From Macrostomum hystrix (taxonomy: Eukaryota; Animalia; Platyhelminthes): 64,000 nt of DNA. The notes under the pieces were generated by a model. That model did not search any database, had not been told where the DNA came from, and worked only from the letters and a program-made list of their open reading frames with translations. The position numbers and the translations under genes are program-made. The DNA is taken from positions 8,370,001 to 8,434,000 of the forward strand of contig CATNEN010000039.1 of assembly GCA_950097015.1 (NCBI GenBank), written 5' to 3'. The number at the start of each line of letters is the position of its first letter. Position 1 is the first letter of the stretch. Shown here one piece after another: positions 11,605 through 20,564 of this stretch.

Positions 11605-12903
11605 ATGACGTTGCGGGTTTTTCTGGCCTCAATAATCATCATTATCGCCTGCGGCTGCGTCTGTGCACAAAGACGAGATCTGGAATTCGAACTGTTGCAA
11701 TACTTAAAGAACAACATCAGCAACTTTAGTCCGCTGCTGCGACCCTCCCTGGACTTGAATTCGCCAACCTACATATTCATGGACACCGCCATGTCTCAGC
11801 TGGTGTCCGTTGACAGCGCCAAGCAGAGCGTCAAAATTGGCGCCTTCATGCAGGCCAGCTGGACTGAGGAGCGGCTGGTATGGGATCCTGCCAAGTTTGG
11901 AAACCTTTCTGTGATCAACTGGGACACCTCGAACATCTGGTTTCCTGTGATACTCATCTACAATGGCATCGGTGACAATCAGGTACTGAGCCCACAGCTA
12001 CCAGTGTTTCTGGTGTCTTTGAGTCCGAACTTGACCAGAGTAGCGGCTGGATGGCGTCGAGAGTTCGAATTCTCCTGCCGATTCGACATGACGAAATTCC
12101 CAGTGGATAGGCACATATGCGAGCTGGAGTTTTTCTTCAGCGATCAAGGTCGCAACAATAAACTCTTGATTCCCATCCAGAACCCGTTTATGTCCTTTCA
12201 ATTCACGGGCTTGTACCGAGAAAACAGCGAATGGCGTCTGCTCAGCGCCACGACCAAGGCTGAAAGGAAGCCGTACAGGCTCATCCAGGGATTAGATGAC
12301 GTGCTTCTTCCAACTTATGTGATTCGTCTAGAAATTCAGCGCGTTTCGGAGTACTACTTTATGAACATCATAACTCCGCTGCTGCTGCTGACTCTGCTTC
12401 AAGTGCTCGTGTACTTTGTGCCCCTGGAATCCGGAGAGAAGCTGGGCTTCGGCATCACCATCATGCTCAGCTACACCGTGTTTCTGCTCCTACTGGACGG
12501 CATTGTGCCCAAGTCGCAGTCGACGCCAGCCATAGCTTCGTTCATCACCTCGGCTATGATTTTGTCGACCATCTCGCTACTGCTGACATCACTGGTGATG
12601 CGCTTCCACTTCGCTCCGGACGGCACCCACATGCCAGCCTGCATCCGAGCTGTGTTCGTTGGCTTTCTGGGCCGAATGTTCTGCGTCACCGGCGCCTCCA
12701 AGCCCAAGGTGAGCCAGGCTCCGCCGGCTGATGATGTTGTCAGCGAGTTCAGTGCGCAAAAGAGCGCCGAAGTAGGTCCGCCTGTCCGCTCTGATTGGGT
12801 GGTGGCAGCCTATGCGATTGAGAGGCTCATGGTGGCTCTGGGAGTGGCTGCCACAGCTGTCATTATCGGAGTCTTTGTCATCAAGCCGTACGCAGGCTCA
12901 TAG
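11605..12903 (+). CDS. Intronless Cys-loop ligand-gated ion channel subunit (copy 4, closest to copy 2)
   Basis: ATG 11605 gives signal peptide MTLRVFLASIIIIIACGCVCA. Cys-loop CRFDMTKFPVDRHIC; M2 GEKLGFGITIMLSYTVFLLLLDGIVP. Confidence 0.94.
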   Translation: MTLRVFLASIIIIIACGCVCAQRRDLEFELLQYLKNNISNFSPLLRPSLDLNSPTYIFMDTAMSQLVSVDSAKQSVKIGAFMQASWTEERLVWDPAKFGNLSVINWDTSNIWFPVILIYNGIGDNQVLSPQLPVFLVSLSPNLTRVAAGWRREFEFSCRFDMTKFPVDRHICELEFFFSDQGRNNKLLIPIQNPFMSFQFTGLYRENSEWRLLSATTKAERKPYRLIQGLDDVLLPTYVIRLEIQRVSEYYFMNIITPLLLLTLLQVLVYFVPLESGEKLGFGITIMLSYTVFLLLLDGIVPKSQSTPAIASFITSAMILSTISLLLTSLVMRFHFAPDGTHMPACIRAVFVGFLGRMFCVTGASKPKVSQAPPADDVVSEFSAQKSAEVGPPVRSDWVVAAYAIERLMVALGVAATAVIIGVFVIKPYAGS

Positions 12904-14139
12904 CCTGTGAACTCAGAATTTCTACTGGTTTCAAATTTTTGTAGACGAAACTGATTAATGAAGCTAATGACGATTTCCATGAGCTGACGACTGAATATCT
13001 CGAAATCTCAAAAGAGCACTGACACGTTAATTAACCGATGAACCAGCGCTACGCTAAAAGTAAAATAATTCTCTAAAAAATATACCTGCTAGAAAATGTA
13101 GACTCCAAACCAATAATTGATTTGCACTCGGCATTGAAAGTACTCTAACTTTCTGCTGTGAGCCTAAAACAACAAAAGCAGTTTGTTCAAGAATAAATCT
13201 CTTAGGCTAACAAAAAGTTCTGGCTAGGAAAAACATATGTTTTGTGTTTGCTGCGTTTCCATATCAACGATAGGTGCTTCGACCACCGCAATAGCACTGG
13301 TTGCAGACCAAACACAGAAAATTACTGGCTGACACGATCTGCAATGCCACAAACCCTGTAAAAAATTCGGCTGCTTCTTCGGCGGGTTTTTTGTACAAAA
13401 TACGAGTGGAATCTACCGAAATCCCCCCTATCTCGCAAGAGTTAAAGAAACCACCCAGGAAGCAGCCGATGTAACCGTAAATTGTGCGGAAACCGCCGAA
13501 GAATCACCCGAACCAGTGGCCCATGGGACAACCAGAGAATTATTTACGGGCGATTCCTCGGCGGTTTCTGAGCATGGAATCTTCCGAACTGGAGGATTCT
13601 TTGGGTGATTCCATTTCGCCACCAAGAAGCACCGAGAAAACGCCCAGTTGGTTAGATTCTAAGCATGGAATCATCCGATTGGTATGTTTCCAGCGTTCGG
13701 CTGTTTCTTTTTCTGGAAACAGCGCAGATTCCAACTGGAATCACCCAAAGAAACATCCCTATTTTTTAGCGGGAAGTGATTAATAAAAAGCCCGATCTAA
13801 AGTGTCTGACCGTTTCTCTGCAATTCTGCAATAATCCCATTGATTAACCAGTGCTGCTAATGAAATTATAGAAGAACAATCGGGACACACCATTTGAGCA
13901 CACAATTCGGTGTGCTCAAACAATATAACGGAGTAGCGTGGGCTGCATTCAAGTGGACTGTTTGCAGTGAAAACAGTGAGTCCCCAGTTGTATCCACAGT
14001 TGGGGAGAGGCTTTGTATAGCCAACCAAAGGCAAACACTGTGACAGAAACAAGCATGTCCCTGTTTGCAAGCGACATTGCCACGAAAAATCCTTGGATAG
14101 TTGTCGAGATAAATTGATTAATGAAGTATTATAGATAGA

Positions 14140-14455
14140 GCTATGCTTAGCTAGACATCTGCTAGCCAGTGCTAGGCTTAGCTAGACATCTGCTAGCCAG
14201 TGCTAGGCTTAGCTAGACATCTGCTAGCCAGTGCTAGGCTTAGCTAGACATCTGCTAGCCAGTGCTAGGCTTAGCTAGACATCTGCTAGCCAGTGCTATG
14301 CTTAGCTAGACATCTGCTAGCCAGTGCTAGGCTTAGCTAGACATCTGCTAGCCAGTGCTAGGCTTAGCTAGACATCTGCTAGCCAGTGCTAGGCTTAGCT
14401 AGACATCTGCTAGCCAGTGCTATGCTTAGCTAGCCAGTGCTAGGCTTAGCTAGAC
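14140..14455. repeat. 31-bp minisatellite (CTAG-rich)
   Basis: About 9 copies of GCTAGCCAGTGCTAGGCTTAGCTAGACATCT. Confidence 0.95.
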
Positions 14456-14740
14456 TAATGCTATAAAAGAGAAAAAAACCCTTAAATTTCATAACGAGCT
14501 ACAAAATTGCAAGAAGAAATCTGTAAAATTTTCAATAATGCGCAGTTCAGAAACTGAAATCGATCGGTATATTTCAATAGTGATAAATTCGATCAGGTTG
14601 GAATGAAGCGGAATCAATGCAAGCAACGTCCACGATTAATCTTCCATCAGTAATCTTCCAGCACAACAGAAACTAATCTGAAGACAGAAACAATCGATAA
14701 TCGATAAAAATCAATTCTAATTGCCGATAGAATGCGCCAA

Positions 14741-17700
14741 TCACAGGTTTGGGCTGGCAGCTCCTGCAGACTTCAGCGCGTCTTCGAAAGCGACGAGTAC
14801 TCGATCAACCACGGCATCGGTTGCGTTCACTCCCATGAGACCAATGCGCCACACCTGACCCACCGTGGGACCCAGGCCACCTGAGATCTCCACCGAGTGC
14901 CTGCGGGGATCAGAAATGGGGATTTGATGATAGGGATGTGAGAAATGGGGATTTGATGATACGGATATGAGAAATGGGGATTTGATGATACGGATATGAG
15001 AAATGGGGATTTGATGATAGCGATGTGGGAATGGGGATTTGATAATAGGGATATGAGAAATGGGATTTGATGATAGGGATATGAGAAATGGGGATTTGAT
15101 GATAGGGATGTGAGAAATGGGGATTTGATGATACGGATATGAGAAATGGGGATTTGATGATAGCGATGTGGGAATGGGGATTTGATAATAGGGATATGAG
15201 AAATGGGGATTTGATGATAGGGATATGAGAAATGGGATTTGATGATAGGGATATGAGAAATGGGGATTTGATGATAGGGATGTGAGAAATGGGGATTTGA
15301 TGATACGGATATGAGAAATGGGGATTTGATAATAGGGATATGAGAAATGGGATTTGATAATAGGGATATGAGAAATGGGATTTGATGATAGGGATATGAG
15401 AAATGGGGATTTGATGATAGCGATGTGGGAATGGGGATTTGATAATAGGGATATGAGAAATGGGGATTTGATGATAGGGATATGAGAAATGGGATTTGAT
15501 AATAGGGATATGAGAAATGGGATTTGATGATAGGGATGTGGGAATGGGGATTTGATGATAGCGATGTAGGAATGGGGATTTGATGATAGGGATGTGAGAA
15601 ATGGGGATTTGATGATACGGATATGAGAAATGGGGATTTGATGATAGGGATGTGAGAAATGGGGATTTGATGATAGGGATGTGAGAAATGGGGATTTGAT
15701 AATAGGGATATGAGAAATGGGATTTGATGATAGGGATGTGGGAATGGGGATTTGATGATAGCGATGTGGGAATGGAGATTTGATAATAGGGATATGAGAA
15801 ATGGGGATTTGATGATAGGGATATGAGAAATGGGATTTGATGATAGGGATGTGAGAAATGGGGATTTGATAATAGGGATATGAGAAATGGGATTTGATGA
15901 TAGGGATGTGGGAATGGGGATTTGATGATAGGGATGTGAGAAATGGGGATTTGATGATACGGATATGAGAAATGGGGATTTGATGATAGGGATGTGAGAA
16001 ATGGGGATTTGATGATACGGATATGAGAAATGGGGATTTGATAATAGCGATGTGGGAATGGAGATTTGATAATAGGGATATAAGAAATGGGGATTTGATG
16101 ATAGGGATATGAGAAATGGGATTTGATGATAGGGATGTGAGAAATGGGGATTTGATAATAGGGATATGAGAAATGGGATTTGATGATAGGGATGTGGGAA
16201 TGGGGATTTGATGATAGCGATGTGAGAATGGGGATTTGATGATAGCGATGTAGGAATGGGGATTTGATGATAGCGATGTGGGAATGGGGATTCGATGATA
16301 GGATGTGAGAAATGTGGGAATGGGGAACAGACGGTGAGGATGTGGGAGTCGGGGACTGTTGCTAAGCTCACTTAGCCATGGCGTGCTGCGCCACATCTCG
16401 CCAGGCCAGGCCGTCAGGCACAGCTACAGTGGTGACAGTGGGCGCCCGGTCCTGCGGCCTCGGCACAAACAGCCGGAAGCCCAGCCGGCCCTCGAGTCCG
16501 GTCCGCAGCTTCTCGGCGGCTGCCGCGTGGCGCTCCCATGCCGCCTGGAGACCCTCGACAGCCGTCAGGCGCAGGGCTTCGCGCACGGCGAAGATCAGGC
16601 TGACGGGCGCCGTGTGGTGGTAGCGCCTTGGCGACACGGGCTGGTCCGGCGGCTCGTCGGTTCGGCAGCCCCAGTAGTTGGCCAGCTGCACGGCGTCCAG
16701 GTACCAGGAGGGCGGCGGTGAGCGACGGTTCAGAATCTGCGGGACGAGGTTCACAATGCGATTCACTGTTCAAATGTCCCGCTACGATATCAGATCCTCA
16801 AATCCCAGCACCCAGATCCTCATATCCTAGCAACCAGATCCTCAAATCCCAGCACCCAGATCCTCAAATCCTAGCAACCAGATCCTCAAATCCCAGCACC
16901 CAGATCCTCAAATCCCAACAGCTGGATCCTCAAATCCTAGCAACCAGATCCTTAAATCCCAGCACCCAGATACTCAAATCCCAGCACCAGGGACAACTAA
17001 AACCCTCGGGACGCGAAACGAGCCAATTCATGGCAAAAAATCTGAGGGGCTCGCTTAAAAGTATTGTTCTATGGCTTTTTCAAGTTTTCTCTGCTATCAG
17101 GCATTAACGGTTAGATTAAATAGTATAGCGAGGCAATGTCGAGTATTTAATTTAAATAATAGGAACCAGTGATATAGTTACATTGTATTTACAATAAAGT
17201 AACCGCCATATCAACAGAAAAACTCCAACGGCAAGAAGATAAAAGATGAAAGCAAAGATATAACTCCAACGGCAAGAAGATAAAGGATGAAAGCGAAGAT
17301 GAAACTCCAACGGCAAGAAAAAAGAAGCAAATACGGAACTCCAAGGACAAGACGACACAAACAGTCAGTAGCTCGTGCATAAAGGAAACGCTGGAACTTC
17401 ACCTACTGAGCATCTAACTTCCGAAGCTTTCTATCATGGGATGTCGTCGGTATTGGTGGGAGTTTTGACGAGCGTCTTACTAGTCCTTTGAAAAAAACGT
17501 TGGCTAGCGGACGGGACACACTGTCCATGCTGAACTGTGTCTTAGTTGGAAAATAAAAGTCCTTAATAACATAAAACAGCTTCTCCACGCGAGTTGCGCA
17601 CGTAGGAGAGTGCAGAATAAAACTGCTGTAGCAGAGACAGGATAAGTCTAATGCTTTACGCACACGCCCATGCTGTCAGTCACTCTCTAAAAGAATAAAT

Positions 17701-19581
17701 TTTGGGTTTCAAGTGGTTTGGACGAGACTGGAAGGCAGAATTGAAGCGGAATTATGCAGCTCAGTAATGACAGCAAATGATCTGGTTTCTTACCTGGAGA
17801 ATATTTGGCAGCGCCTTTCTCCATCGCTCCCGCTCCTGTGGATCTCTGGGAAACGCAAATATCCGTGTTCGAACGGCTTCAGAGTTGTAATTTGACGAGC
17901 ACGGAAATGCGCTGCACTTTCTTGGCATTTCATCAAGTGAATAAAAAATGCTTCTCTTGATATAGTTCAGCTTAGCTTCACTGCTGGCCGCAGCTAAAGC
18001 AATTTTAATTTGCCTGATAGCAGAGAAGACTCGAAAAAGCCATAGAACAATACTTTTAAGCGAGCCCCTCAGATTTCTTGCCATGAATTGGCTCGTTTCG
18101 CGTCCCGAGGGTTTTAGTTGTCCCTGCCCAGCACCGAGATCCTCAAATCCCAGCACCCAGATCCTCGAATCCTAGCAACCAGATCCCTAAATCCTAGCAC
18201 CCAGATCCTCAAATCCCAGCACCCAGATCCTCAAATCCCAGCACCCAGATCCTCAAATCCCAGCACCAAGATCCTCAAATCCCAGCACCATGATCCTCAA
18301 ACGGCCCACCTTCTGCCTGGCTGCCTCGGAGAAGGAGATCAGGCCGAGGCCCGGGGTACAGCTGAGGCATTTCTGGCTGCCGGTGTAGACACAGTCGATC
18401 AGCCAGTCGTCGGTGAACAGCGGGACGCCGCCAGCCGCGGCCACGGAGTCCACCAGGAGGAGGCAGCCGTGACTGCGGCAGACTTTGCCAAGCTCGGCTA
18501 GCGGCTGTAGAGCTCCGGTGCTGCTCTCGCCGTGTACAACAAACACCACGCTGGGCTTGTGCTGCCGAAGTGCAGCGTCCAGCTGCTGTGGCGAGAACAC
18601 ACCGCCTGGCTGCTCAGTCAGCAGCACTGGCTTCAGTGACAGCCGGCGGGACAGCTCGGCGAAGCGGTCGCCCCAGATGCCGTTGCGGCAAACCAGGACA
18701 GTCTCGCCAGGCTCCAGCAGGTTCATGCAGGCCGCCTCCATGGCGCAGTGGCCTGCGGAGTGAGTTCAGCTTCATCGATTATTAACTTATGAAGGCCAGA
18801 TGGCAGCTCAGGACGACCATAAAACTCATGGATGCTCACCAGTGCCCGAGATTGCGAAGCTCCAGTCGTTTTCAGTTTGAAAGAAATATCGAATGCCGTC
18901 TTTGACGTCATCCATGATCTGATTGACGGGAAAACTGCTTTGAATCATTTTTGATCATGCATATGCACATGCATGCGGATGCATACTACTAATGAGTAGG
19001 TTATCAGCTTGAAAAATAGAAAAAAATGAATAAACTGAAGCTAATTTAAAATGCCCAAGAATCGTCTGAAAGACCTGAAGCTTGTCTAAAAGAACTGAAG
19101 CTTGTCTGAAATACCTGAAGATCCTCTGAAACACCTGAAGTTCATCTGAAATACCTGAAGCTCATCTGAAATACCTGAAGCTCATCTGAAATGCCTGAAT
19201 ATCATGAAATACTTTAAGCTAATATAAAAGACCTGAAGGCTGAAGCTTGTCTAAAAGAACTGAAGTTTTCTTAAAGACCTGAAGATCCTCTGAAATAACT
19301 GAAGTTCATCTGAAAGACCTGAAGCTCATCTGAAATACCTGAAGCTTGTCTGAAAGACCTGAAGCTTGTCTGAAAGACAAATGAGGTAGCAGAGGTGACA
19401 TCAGGGGTACCTTAATGAATTCCGGGTGCAGATGGCCGAGCAGAGGGGAGGCCAGGGCGGCCGCCACCTCCGGGTGCTGATTGGACGGACCGGGTCCGGT
19501 GAGTAGTTTTCCAGGAATGCTCAAAGGTCTGAGCAGGGTGGAGGCAGCTCTAACGGCGATGATAGGAAGGCTGGCTGTCAT
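14741..19581 (-). CDS. AGXT: Alanine--glyoxylate / serine--pyruvate aminotransferase (class V PLP enzyme), 5 exons
   Basis: Exons 19581-19411, 18918-18840, 18752-18310, 16736-16372, 14900-14741; all GT-AG and in phase. Motifs [36 protein letters not shown] (PLP lysine), [14 protein letters not shown]...WRIGLMG. Confidence 0.95.
14912..16320. repeat. 28-29-bp minisatellite filling AGXT intron 4
   Basis: About 48 copies of GAGAAATGGGGATTTGATGATAGGGATAT and variants. Confidence 0.97.
16790..18300. repeat. 21-bp minisatellite in AGXT intron 3, split by a transposon (16790-16987 and 18127-18300)
   Basis: CAGATCCTCAAATCCCAGCAC units on both sides of the insertion. Confidence 0.93.
16988..18126 (-). 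mobile_element. Non-autonomous P-superfamily-like DNA transposon (THAP remnant, ~115-bp TIRs, 8-bp TSD)
   Basis: TIRs CAGGGACAACTAAAACCCTCGGG... at 16988-17104 and 18011-18126. CCCAGCAC on both flanks. Internal ATG 17928 encodes [10 protein letters not shown]...[15 protein letters not shown]...ICCHY (C2CH THAP), ending in a premature stop. Confidence 0.88.
19070..19377. repeat. 21-bp minisatellite in AGXT intron 1
   Basis: CTGAAGCTTGTCTGAAATAC-type units. Confidence 0.9.
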
Positions 19582-20111
19582 TGTGCTCAAGGTTTGAGTA
19601 GACTTGCTGGAAAAAAATTGAAGAGAGGCACACTCTTAGTCGTGTCACAGTGCATTGGCCCCTTCATGTGTGGCGCCGTCTCAATTTGACCTGGCCTCGC
19701 CAGGATTCGAACTTATGACCATTAAAATTAACGATTTTTAAATATTAGAAAGTCACTTAATTATTGTAATAAAAATAATAACAGAGTCACACATCGAATG
19801 GATAAGTTACAAGTCAATTTATTTTTACTTGGTTAAGTACATTTAACATAATTTAGACTGCTTAGACTATTGTGATTTTTTGCGGATGTTCATTAAGAAA
19901 ACGAATGGATAAATTACAGACGGGAGAAATGCGTTAAAATGCACGCACAGTGCAAAATGCTTTTAGAAAACATGGAAATTAATTTTATATATACAATCCT
20001 ATAATTATAAAATTAAAAATAACGACTCGATACACAATTGACACTTTAATTGCAGTTTAGCACGTTATAACAAAAATTGAAATGATAAAGTTATCATTTT
20101 CAGCTACGACC

Positions 20112-20445
20112 AAAACCCGGAAAATTTACGTAGAAAGTAAGAAAGTGAATTAAACCCGGAAAATTTACGTAAGTTTGATTAAAAATGTAAGGTAACGTTG
20201 TTACACGTTGTTAAAATACGCAAATTTACTAAAAACTGAACTCACGTGAACAACGTAGGTTAGGAGTAAAACCCGGAAAATTTACGTAGAAAGTAAGAAA
20301 GTGAATTAAACCCGGAAAATTTACGTAAGTTTGATTAAAAATGTAAGGTAACGTTGTTACACGTTGTTAAAATACGCAAATTTACTAAAAACTGAACTCA
20401 CGTGAACAACGTAGGTTAGGAGTAAAACCTGGAAAATTTACGTAA
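20112..20445. repeat. 156-bp tandem duplication (2 copies plus a partial)
   Basis: Near-identical blocks starting AAAACCCGGAAAATTTACGTAG at ~20112 and ~20268; partial copy at ~20425. Confidence 0.9.
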
Positions 20446-20564
20446 AAAAGAGTTATTTCAAAAGAAAAAGACGTTTTTACGTAATTTTACGTAGTTATGA
20501 AATTTTACGCAAAACCCAAAATTGGTACTCGGACTTTTTCGGCAGGCACAAAGTCGCAGTTCAC

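Noticed and set aside
13345-13778. GC-richer segment with weak terminal inverted similarity (CCCTGTAAAAAAT / ATTTTTTAGCGGG)
   Set aside because: Probably an old non-autonomous element, but the TIR and TSD are too degenerate to support a call.
14827-16396. 500+ aa His/Pro/Ile-rich ORFs, and similar ORFs at 25.2-26.1, 29.6-30.3, 38.6-39.3 and 44.7-45.7 kb
   Set aside because: Stop-free frames of minisatellites, mostly inside introns whose GT-AG borders restore conserved proteins.
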